Assembly (NCBI GenBank): GCA_964035545.1
Contig: OZ037771.1
Location: 13,081,133 to 13,145,132 of the forward strand
Direction: 5' to 3'
From: Bugula neritina
Taxonomy: Eukaryota > Animalia > Bryozoa
DNA length: 64,000 bases
The translations under genes and the position numbers were made by a program. The notes below the pieces were generated by a model. It searched no databases and had not been told where the DNA came from. It worked only from the letters and a program-made list of their open reading frames with translations. This document shows positions 1 through 12,300 of this stretch, piece after piece (position 1 is the first letter of the stretch; every line of letters begins with the position of its first letter).

Positions 1-2504
1 TGAGCTGCGGACACATGAGCACCACAAGAATACGATTCGATGCGTGCTTGTGACCGCAGACGGACAGACAATGTTCACGGCCGGTAAAGATAAGAGCTGG
101 TGTAAAGTGGATCTCGAAAGTGGTGCGTTACTCCATGAACAGAGCAAAGCCCACGAGTAAGTAAAGTCTAGTCTTATAGTTGTAAGGTAACCTGTATGTT
201 AGAGGTAGTGACTTGAAATAAAGAAACTTGAAGAAGCTTGAACTGAAAAGACCTGTAGAAGAAAATGAACAAACTAAACTCCTATGAGTAGATTCAACTG
301 TATGAAATGCAGAAAACATTAAATTATAGGGAATATTTTATTATAGGTAAATCTACCATATACTCATACTCGTATTTTGCTCCTAATTAATTTTCAGAAG
401 TTACTTGTAAATATTTAATTGTCAAGTGTTTTTGTTGTCATTTGTAGTGAAAGTAGAAGCTACAAAAGATCAGCATAAAAAAGCAACTTGTTTGATTTAT
501 ACGATAATTGTTTTTTATTTTCAGCCTACGGGCTGTGTTATTATATATATTGCTTATTAGACAGAATGTCATAAATCATTCTCACTACAACAGCTTTGTG
601 TGTTCTTTTAGAGGTGCCATATACAGCGCTGAAGTGATTGACTCGAATGTGATGCTCACCGGAGACGAGGATGGTGTTATTAAAATGTGGGATATGAGAA
701 GGTATGATTACATAGAGATGATAACTCTGATAACCCTTCGTACGTCTCACAGTTATACAGGTTACAATGTATCATCTTATTCTGTACCAGGTTACCAGGG
801 CCGGTGATGGAGCTGAAGGAAAATGACGACTACATAAGCGATATGGTGTGCCATGATGACAGGAAACACCTACTAGTCAGCAGGTACTGTTCTTCCTGTG
901 TGTCAGTCAGAGAATAAAATTACATTATGCATTTGAACTAGCTTTTCATTTATTATTGTTTATTATTTATGATTTTCAGTCATTTTGATTTCTGATCGAC
1001 TATGAACTTCTGCACATTAGTAAATAGCTCTTTACAAGTTTTTCTCCTTTTTTCAAATTTATTTTCCCATGTTTTTGAATTTTTTTTACAGAATATTTCA
1101 CATTTTTATCAACTTTTTTCTTCGTTTGCTGAACCTGCTTGTTAAGAGGAAATAGGTAGTAGGCATGGTATTGTGACGTAATCCAATCCACTGGTAGCAG
1201 AAGCTCATAATAATCAATAGTTGAATTCTATAGATTATTGCATTTTTTTTCTCTGCAGTGGAGACGGAACACTGAGCTGTGTCAACATCAAAAACAGGAA
1301 ATTAGAGTTGCAGTCGGAGTTATTTGACTCCGATTTCCTGTCTCTCGCAATCATGAAGGTAAGAAACTGTCCAACTGCGATATCATGTTCAACCAACTCT
1401 GTTATATCTTCACGTTTGCTGCAGAATTGTAAATAACATTGACGAGCATTCTTAATTATTATCTTCTTCAAGTAAGAAAACGACATCAGTGACCATTCCC
1501 TGTCCCACATTCCCGAGATCAACCTCTTTCATTCTTCAATTAAACCCCATGCTTACTCATGTGTATAGATTAGTGACCAAGTGAGATAGAATCAGCCTGT
1601 TGTCTTTTATGGCACGCCAGCAACACTGTTGTGAATTCATACCTGTATGATGCACCTTGTAGAATGCCAGCAAGGTGGTGTGTGGAGATGGGGACGGGAC
1701 GTTGCAGATTTTCAACTGGGGAGAATGGGGAAATGTCAGCGACAGATATCCCGGTCATTCTGGCAGCATAGACAGCATGCTGCCTCTTAGTGAAGATGTC
1801 ATATGTACCGGCTGTGAAGATGGAAAACTCCGGTAGGTGTACTTATCAGTATGGGACATGTACCTACTTGTAGTCATATTATTACCAATGTTGGTTACCT
1901 GGTTATCATTTCAACCTCATGGCTACATGTTGTAGGGTACTTGTTTACAGCTCATTGGTCAACAAACTTGTGATTGACTTGTGGTATAAATATGTAGATA
2001 CATGAAAGATGACTAAATTTAATTGTAAGATATCATTACAACTAGCTGTTTGGATTATTATTAGTTAGTCACCTGTTGCAATAACACAATTTTAAATTAG
2101 AGTTTCAACTTTCAACACTTGGAAAATATTTTTGAAAGTTTTCATCACATTAGAATTATAATATATTAAGTAACATTATAGCGTGATGTTGATTTCCCTG
2201 AAATTCTATTTTGAAGGAATATATTTCTCAGTTACTTATTAAAATATATTGCAGATTAGTCCACATTCTTCCCAACAGTATTGAATCAATTATTGGGTCA
2301 CACGGTGACTTCCCTATACAGAGTCTGACACTAAGTCACGATGGAGCTCTCATTGCATCAGCTTCCCACGACGAGCACGTGAAATTCTGGAAAACACCGG
2401 ATGTGGACGAAGTGACCGTTGGGTCTCATAGTAAACGAAAGGGTAAAAAAGTTGGTAAACATGAGAAACTGAAGGAGCGTAAGGCATTCTTTAATGACTT
2501 GTGA
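1..2504 (+). CDS. WDR55: WD repeat-containing protein 55 (3' part; 5' end lies outside the window). Exons <1-156, 612-701, 791-883, 1259-1358, 1663-1832, 2255-2504
   Basis: Spliced translation gives WD40 repeats with WDR55-typical motifs: TGDEDGVIKMWDMR, ENDDYISDM, SSGDGTLSCVNIKNRKLELQSE, GTLQIFNWGEWGNVSDRYPGH, ASASHDEHVKFW, and a basic tail ending FFNDL*. GT-AG boundaries have compatible phases. Confidence 0.88.
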
Positions 2505-3037
2505 TCTCAAGATATAAAGTGAAGTGAAAAATTAAACAAGGTCCTGGATGACACTAAAATAAGCACTATTTGCTATAGCGAGATTTATGGACATTCATCA
2601 TATTGTATGGACAAGGAACTAACATCTTTATTACATAATGAACCCTAGAAGCAATCACTATAGGTTTATTGAAAAGCTACCTCCTGTGATGGATATTCCT
2701 ATTTTAGTCCGCAATACTGGATATTTGTGTAAATGCAGTGTGAAATGTATATGCGCTGTTGAATGAAAATTCCTTCTACATTTTTCAGCAACTACCTTGT
2801 TAGCTTGTATCTGAGAGATATGAAATTTTCTGCGACTGAAAATTATTTCTCCTGATTGTTGAAAAAGAATTTGGTTTATTTTTTTCAGTGACTGCATTGT
2901 TAGCTGAGCAATATGAAATCGTCTGCTCATGATAAACTTACTTGGAGAATTATTTCTCCTGATTTTTGTTTATTGGACGATTGTTAAAAAGCAATGTATC
3001 ACTGCACCTGTTTTCCTTACAAACTTGTGTGTTGAGA

Positions 3038-3123
3038 TTTTTATTTTATTTATATTATTGTAATATAATAAAATTGCCAACATCACAATAAATATATATC
3101 ATAATGAGAAACTATGAATAAAA
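3038..3123. terminator. Poly(A)-signal cluster for the convergent WDR55 and GFM1 genes
   Basis: AATAAA on + at ~3067, ~3087 and ~3117; TTTATT (AATAAA on -) at ~3040-3050. Confidence 0.45.
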
Positions 3124-3322
3124 TTGCCTATAATTATATTATGAAGTAGATACTGTTTCTACCAACACACTAGAATGTCCCCTCATATGGCGGTACAACT
3201 GAACTCTGTATAACGGTGTCTTGGTGCTCATGGTAAAGTCTATCACAGTGTCTGTGGTGAACTACACACACCTCTCTCCAGATATCTTTGATAACATTCT
3301 CCACTCAGTCAGTAACAGTGTA

Positions 3323-6300
3323 CTAGTTCTTGCCTTTCTTTTTCTTTCCTCCCTACAACAAAGTTTCTTAGTCAAAAAACCAGTATAACCATATGATTGT
3401 ACCAACACAGTAACAATATTAGGTAATTAGATAAATAAAAACCAGTATAACCACAAGGTTGTACCAACATAGTAACAACATTAGGTGGTTAGATAGCTAG
3501 TAGGTCACCTGTTTCACTTCTTCTGCAGAGTATTGTTCCATTAGCTCCGCCTGTGTGTTGGGAAGTGCCGGGCAGTATCTGGAATATTCCATGGAAAATT
3601 CTCCTTTCCCTTGTGTGTTGGATCTCAATTCAGTAGAGAAACCAAACATATCGTTCAGTGGTACCTACACAGTAATATACTACTAGATACATTTACTTAC
3701 ATATTAATATAATGACTCACCTCACACTGTAGTGTAGAATATGACTCACCTCACACTGTAGTATATAATATAACTCACCTCACACTCTAGTATAGAATAT
3801 GACTCACCTCACACTGTATAGTAGAATATGACTCACCTCACACTCTAGTGTAGAATATGACTCACCTCACACTCTAGTATATAATATGACTCACCTCACA
3901 CTGTAGTATAGAATATGACTCACCTCACACTCTAGTATAGAATATGACTCACCTCACACTCTAGTATAGAATATGACTCACCTCACACTGTAGAGTAAAC
4001 CAGCCCTCGTGAGAGTCTTGGCTGGTGACAACGGCGTGTCGCTTGCTAAGTGCGCCCATAATTTGACCTTGAAACTCCAATGGAGCATTCACTTCTACGT
4101 TCATCACTGGTTCTAATATTTGCCATTGACCGAATTCACTACACTGAAACAGATGGCAACCAGGTGTTAAATTGTTGAAAGGTATGTCACATAGTTAACT
4201 TAGCAAATTTCAAGAGTTTGAACAAAAAATCGAACGTGTAGTATTAGTAGTGCTAATATAGACATCACGAAACCTGCCCCCTAGGTTATTTATACCACAG
4301 ACACCAATGAGAGCAGATGACTCCTAAGAAGCTGTGAGATACTGATATGGAATTACCTCCTCCATGCTGCCTTCTGCAGCAAGCTGAAAGGCGTACTCGC
4401 TGGAGTCGACGGAGTGACTCTGTCCGTCCATCAACTTGTACCGTAACCCGGTGACTTTGTGACCAGTTAGTGGACCTTTCTCACAGGAGTTTTGGAAACC
4501 CTAGACATTTCAGTTGACAGTAATTACATGATAACTTCATAACTCCAGAGTATTTAGAATAGTGACTTACTATTACAACTACTACCTCAGAGTAGTAACT
4601 TATTATTACAACTACTACCTCAGAGTAGTGACTTACTATTACAACTGCTACCTCAAAGTAGTGACTTACTATTACAGCTACTACCTCAGAGTAGTGACTT
4701 ACTATTACAACTACTACCTCGCAGTAGTAACTTACTATTACAACTACTACCTCAGAATAGTGACTTACTATTACAACTACTATCTCAGAGTAGTGACTTA
4801 CTATTACAACTACTACCTCAGAGTAGTGACTTACTATTACAACTACTACTTTAGAATAGTGACTTACTATTACAACTACTATCTCAGAGTAGTGACTTAC
4901 TATTACAACTACTACCTCAGAGTAGTGACTTACTATTACAACTACTACCTCGCAGTAGTAACTTACTATTACAACTACTACCTCAGAATAGTGACTTACT
5001 ATTACAACTACTATCTCAGAGTAGTGACTTACTATTACAACTACTACCTCAGAGTAGTGACTTACTATTACAACTACTACTTTAGAATAGTGACTTACTA
5101 TTACAACTACTATCTCAGAGTAGTGACTTACTATTACAACTACTACCTCAGAGTAGTGACTTACTATTACAACTACTACCTCAGAATAGTGACTTACTAT
5201 TACAACTACTACCTCAGAGTAGTGACTTACTATTACAACTACTACCTCAGAGTAGTAACTTACTATTACAACTACTATCTTAGAGTAGTGACTTACTATT
5301 ACAACTACTACCTCAGAGTAGTGACTTACTATTACAACTACTACCTCAGAGTAGTGACTTACTATTACAACTACTACCTGAGAGTAGTGACTTACTATTA
5401 CAACTGCAACAAGTTATCAATCAATGCACTACAAACTTATCCAATAGTTTGAAATAATATGTAAGGTAAATTTATATATCCATAGTTAACCTATATAACA
5501 ATATATACACGTACTATTCACATATATTGTACATATAAATAACTTACTTTTTTAACACCAGGGATGAACTGTTTAGGGATGTTGGTTCCAGTGGTCAGGT
5601 CAAGGAACTCGGACTGAGTGCACATGTCGAGGGGGAGGGGTTCCAGAACCCCTATGACTTTAGCGTATTGTCCAGCTCCACCACTTTGTCTCTTGTGTAG
5701 GTAGTTGAACTCTATGGGTTCCACCAGAGACTCCCTGAACGCTACTTTAGGTTTGCCCAAGACACACTTACAGTGGTATTCTCTCTCTAACCTCTACAAA
5801 CATCAGAACACACAGTGGTACTTTCTACGCTCTGTCAAACTCTCAGTAAACCCCAGAAGCTTCGTCTCTTGGAAGCTCCCCAATAACTATGCAGTAGAAG
5901 AATGAACAGCTCAAACCAGCAAGACTAAAAGCCCTGGTGTTAGTGTTGTACACAAAGCAAGAGAATACATGTGCTATTTACACTTTTTGTGTAGTAGAAA
6001 TAGTAGCAATGAGTAAACAACAAAACACTTATATGCAAGTGTGGACAACCCCATAGGTGTTTAGTTCAAAAACTTTCCTAGTGGGTCAAAATTAGGTTTT
6101 TAGTAGACCTTTTGGAAATAATAATAAAATAGAGATGTATTTAACAAGTTTTTCTAATAATTGACTCAGTATATTGCAGCATTCTATTCTAACACAATTT
6201 TAATTTCATAGGGAAATAAGCTCATTTATTTTAACCATAAAAACTAAACATATATAATCCAGACGAAAGGGTGTAAATTGGCAATCTGTACACATATAAT

Positions 6301-9300
6301 CATCACATAAACACAAAGTAGATTATTACTTACTTTACTAATAAATAGCATGAGGCACCCACCTGTGCGTACACCTCTAAGTGTAATTCACCCATACCAC
6401 AGGCTATCGTCTCCTTAGCCTCAGTATCATAATACACAGTAAAAGTTGGGTCTTCTCGTGTGAAGCGATTGATTCCTACAAGAGCAAGTAACTGCTAGAA
6501 GAACTATGGCTAAGGTAGACGTATACCACAGTCTATCCTATAACATGGCGGTCACAAGATTGTAGCTCATGCTTGTTTCTTAGCAACCAGATATATAATC
6601 AAACTAGTAAATAAAATGCTCAGCCAGTGGACTAATACTAATATAATGAGTAGAATAGTACTATTATAATATTCAAGCCAATACAAACCCTTAGAGAAGC
6701 CATCTGTAGCCTTCTTATCAACAGGTTTAATGGACATGGATATGACGGGAGTGGGCACGTGTATCGACTCCTGGAGAAAAACAAAGGTCATATAAGGGTC
6801 ATACAGTTTCTACAGAACCAACTGTAAACAATAATAAATAGCACAGCAACCCATAAAGGGGAAGAGTAAGTTAAAGCATGGCGAGCCAGAGACGTACCAT
6901 GGAGAAGTTGGTGTTGTTCTTGTCAACTACGAAAGTATCACCACTGGCACAGTCTATACCAAACAGAGCACAGATGTCTCCAGCAAAGGCCTCGTCGATG
7001 CTCTGAAAGTGTGGTGAGAGGACTATGTCACAGTGTGCTATAGACTTGCAGTTCAGAGATATATGTATAACATGATACAAGGCAACATTCTGTAGTACAG
7101 TTTAGCATTATGTAGTACAGTTTAACATTCCAGAGTACAGTTTAACATTATGTAGTACAGTATGATATCCTGTAGCACAGTGTAACGGGAGTTATTCAGT
7201 TCTACAGTATATTGAATGAGCATAGAGCAACCACTGCTGCACTCTATATTATATCATCATGAATATATCATATAAGAATATCGTATCAATATACTATTTG
7301 AGCATGACTATATCATTCCATCATAATACTATATCAGTATATCATATTGCTATGTAAAAAGAGAGTTACTCCAACCTCCATCTCATCTGAGTGCATGCGG
7401 ACCAGCCTGGCCACTCTGGTTCTCTTCATAGTTCTGGTATTGTATATAAAGTCACCTTTCTTCAGATGTCCCTGGTATATCCTCATATATGTCAGCTGAC
7501 CAAACTTTCCAGCCTGTAACAACCACATGTATAGCTGTGAAGAGATTGATAACAGTTCAATATTGAAACAAAATTCCCCTGAAGCTATGAAAATCTTGGT
7601 CCAGGTCGGTTATAGGGCTGCAGAAATATGCGGAAGATAAAATTGCACAAAACATAAACAGTACTCAACACAGCTGAACAGCATAAATTTATAAAACTCT
7701 AATATCATAAAATTTGTTTTGTCAGATGTGTACAGTGAAACTCAAATCTTTTAATAGAGATGAATTACAGAAGACCTATAACAAAAAAAATGTCCGTGCA
7801 GATAAACTTGCCCTTAACTGTGTATAAAATAGCACACACCAGTTGAAGTGTCCCTGTGAGCAACTCACATGTGGTCACATGCTGTCACATGTCACGCAGC
7901 GAAGACAGCGTGTCACACAACCAGTTGACAGAAACAGATACATACCTCAAGTTTGAAGGCCAGAGCCAACATGAAGTTCTGGGAATCTCTGGCAGGATTC
8001 AGTACCTCCTTACTGGTCTTACCATCCCTGTGAATGTATAGAGTAGTGTCACAACACACTGTATATAGTAGTGTCACAGTACACTGTATATAGTAGTGTC
8101 ACAGCACACTGCATATAGTAGTGTCACAGTACACTGTATATAGTAGTGTCACAGTAAACTGTATATAGTAGTGTCACAGCACACTGTATATAGTAGTGTC
8201 ACAACATACTGTATATAGTAGTGTCACAACACACTGTATATAGTAGTGTCACAACACACTGTATATAGTAGTGTCACAACACACTGTATATAGTAGTGTC
8301 ACAGCACACTGTATATAGTAGTGTCACAACACACTGTATATAGTAGTGTCACAGTACACTGTATATAGTAGTGTCACAGTACACTGTGTATAGTAGTGTC
8401 ACAGCACACTGTATATAGTAGTGTCACAACACACTGCATATATAGTAGTGTCACAGTACACTGTATAGAGTAGGGTCACAGTACACTGTATATAGTAGTG
8501 TCACAACACACTGTATATAGTAGTGTCACAGTACACTGTATATAGTAGTGTCACAGCACACTGTATATAGTAGTGTCACAACACACTGTATAGAGTAGTG
8601 TCACAGTACACTGTATATAGCAGTGTCACAACTTAGAATTATTTGTAAATGAAACTTCATCTTGGGGGGAAAAATATTTTATAGAAATTTTCACGGTGAC
8701 AGCAAAATGATTAAACTAGAGAATATGTCTACCTAATCAGCAGCAATGGTTTAGGAATAAACAGAATTATTCCAGGAAACAAAATTGTAAAAGATAGGCT
8801 TACGGTAAATTCTTTAGCCCGTGATTAGTAACTTCATCTGGTTGAGGGAGATAGTCGACCACCCCGTCAAGTAGGGGCTGCACACCTTTGTTTTTGAGAG
8901 CTGTGCCAACCATGACGGGAGTGAATACTTTGGCTATGGTGGCTCTCCTGATGGCAGCCTACAAGGTGACAGGGACTTACACAATGCTAGCTATCAGTCT
9001 ACTCTCTACAGGGAGTGAGCAACAAGAAAGGGACCTAACAGCTTAGAGAAAGCTCAGTAGATCCTATAATACTGAACTCTCTAGAAACTACATAGCTCAG
9101 ATGGACCCAACCTATTAACCTTTTTATAATGAACTTCTCTAGAAAAGACATGTGTTAAAGAATCAGCTGTGAATTATCTAGTTCATAAAATCAAAAGTTG
9201 ATTCTCTTTAGATTCCAGTATTTCCGAACTTGACAGATTTCTTAGAAAACAAAAATGTCAAATTTTGAAATCACAAAAACTTCAGACAAAAATCCGTTTT

Positions 9301-12300
9301 AATGTTCTACAATAAAACATCAACTTTTATATAAAATTAATCAGGTACAAGTACATTTTATTAAATTTAACAATAGGTTTGAGGCACTGTGTAATGCACA
9401 TTTGCATACTGCATGCTACAGCATACCTTTATGTCACTGACGGTGGGAGTTCTCTCCTCTAAAAACATTTCTCCAAGGATGTCGTCTGCATTTGAAAGAT
9501 GCTCTACAAATCAAAGGAATAATATAACATGAGGAGGTGGGTATACACGAGTATAGCAAGGGGTAAATAACTCCAATATACATGCAGTAGGACAAAATAT
9601 GACTCTAGCAAATAACAACTTCAAAAAAATAATAAAATGGCTGGCTACTTGAAAAACAGCCAGTTTCTGAAAAACAATTTTCACTAGAATTGAAATAAAC
9701 TGTCGCAACTAATCAAAACCTACGAAAGTTTTCCCAATAATGACCCAACAGAGTACTGTGTGCTGCAAATAGCCAGAAAACTACTAGTAAATATGGTACC
9801 AATTAACTCGTGTCTCTTTTCCTCTACTTCCTCCAACATGTCTCCTGGTATTTCTTTCTCCACAACCTCAGTACTGTAAAAAAAGGTTTTATCAAGGTGT
9901 ACATGTATAATGCACTCAATAAACTATTACTGAGTACATTATTGGTGTACATATAATGTTTAAAATAACAAATGTTTCAGAGAACCTCAGGAAACTATTA
10001 CTAGGTTTTTTAACTAAAGAAAAGTTACAGGCTTATATTCATTACACTCCACTTTCCAACACAATTCTAACTAAATCTTTTATTCACATAATATAGCCCC
10101 AAATCTCAAGTGACTATGAGTAGGAGTTGTGCTCTCGCATACCCCTGGGCTCCTTCAAAGTACAGAGCTTTCCGCTCAATCAGATCGACTATTCCCTCAC
10201 ACTCACTCTCCAGTCCTATGGGCAGGTGCAGGAAGGCAGCATTGTGACCCAGCTTAGTTCTACAAGATAAACAGTGTTCAACAAACATTAGGGTTGAAAT
10301 AATAGTAACAAAAGTATGTATCACCCCCACTGCCTGCTATTTAAAAGTGTAGAGAGATTCAATAAAGTAATAGTAACCGTTTCAAAATTCAGCTACACAC
10401 AGTTACACACAGTTACATGCAGTTACATACAGGGACATACAGCTACATATAACTACATACAGGGACATACATGTACATACATGTATATACAGGTACATAC
10501 AGGTACACACAGGGACACACAGAAACATAGAGGCACATGATATAAAAAGCTACACTAACCGAAGTTGTCTGACCACTCTATAAGGATCTGCCCCCATTCT
10601 ATCAAGTTTATTAATGAAGGCGATGCAAGGTACGTTATATCTCTTCATCTGCCTGTTTACTGTTAGAGTCTGGCTCTGGACACCCCCCACACTGCACAGA
10701 ACTAGCACAGCACCATCCAACACCCTCAATGCTCTCTCCACCTCCACTGTGAAATCCACATGACCTGCAACAGAATAACTTCGTAAAGATCAACATAATT
10801 TCACATGAAAATGTGAATTAAGAATTAGTGAAAGGTTTAAATAAACACAATGATAATTTCTATCAGGCATTAACTAGTACCAACTGACATTAATGGGCAC
10901 TAGCTAGCACTGACTGACACCTACTGACACTAACTAGCACTAGCTGACACTAGCTAAAAGCTGCCTTACCAGGAGTGTCAATGATGTTAATATTATTGTC
11001 TTTCCAAGTGGTGTATGTAGCAGCCGACTGAATAGTGATGCCTCTTTCTCGCTCCAGCTCCATCGAATCCATTTTAGCCCCAACTCCGTCCTTTCCTTTC
11101 ACCTGACATTACACAAAATAAAATAAACAATAAAATGATAAATAATAAAATAAAATGGAATACAATAAAATGAAATACTAGAATACAATCTAAATTATAT
11201 GGCAGCTGCTGAAGTACATACCTCATGCATTGCCGCTAATCTGCCAGTGTAATAGAGTATTCGTTCTGTTAGAGTTGTCTTCCCTGAATCAACATGTGCG
11301 GATATTCCAATGTTTCTGATTAGCTCCAGTGGTATCACAGGCTAAGTAGTAAAAAATACATAGCATTAGATGAACTCAATGGGAATAAAGTTACTGAAAA
11401 AGGGCACAATTCCTACCTCAACCAAAGGATTTGATTCAAGGAGTTGACAGTGCAACAGAAATATCGCAATCTAACACCACTGTGGGGACAACTAAGAATC
11501 CTAGAACATAATACAAAAAAATTTCCAATAGTTTTAGACTTTGCGGTGTCTTACCTTTTTGTTGTCAGTTTGAACAGCATAATGTCTTGTACTCCATTTG
11601 CTGGTACTAGCTATTTTTATCTACAGATGTATGTAACACAAAAAGCATATAAAATACTTGTTACACACACTGAATATTGGTAGACTTATATTAAATCATT
11701 GAATAAAATACTGCACACCGACTAGTAGGCAATACAACTGGCAGACTAACTTACAGTTAGGTTCGGTGTGTGGCCGACTGATGAGCATAGAGTCTGCTGC
11801 CTCAAAGCACCATAACAAAGACTACCCCACCTCATCGCAATATAGCAGCTACAAGAAAACGTCCACATATTAGACTTTGTGTTACGTTGTAATATATCTG
11901 TAATAAAGAGTTACTAATTAGCAATCTCATTACAATTATTGGGCCCCTTCATAGCAATATATTTAAACGAATGACCAAAAACAGAATTTTAGTCAGATTA
12001 GATTAAGATTCATAGTCTCAGTAATAAATTTTAATGAAAATGCAAATATTTTCATTATTTTAAATATAACCACCTTACACTTAAAGTCTACATTGTTGTC
12101 AATATAGCCATAAATTCATTATAGATATTTTAATCAAATGTCTGCCATTTTCATACAGCAACAATCATATGTCAGTCAGCCTGGTCAAGAAAGTGACAGC
12201 ATCATTTTCGAAGTCACCCATGCTAACAGTTACAGTCACATTATTATAAAGAAGGTTAGTACCAGTATGAGGGGCTTCTACATACCAAAACATGATCATA

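Noticed and set aside
4556-5407. A bona fide let-7 miRNA gene cluster
   Set aside because: No complementary star arm or pre-miRNA hairpin, two indels relative to let-7, and no miR-100 or miR-125 neighbours recognised.
4562-5452. 296-aa Tyr-rich ORF ([11 protein letters not shown])n
   Set aside because: Translation of a 33-bp minisatellite antisense to a GFM1 intron. It has a GTG start and no splice or promoter support; the frame is open only because the unit is a stop-free multiple of 3.
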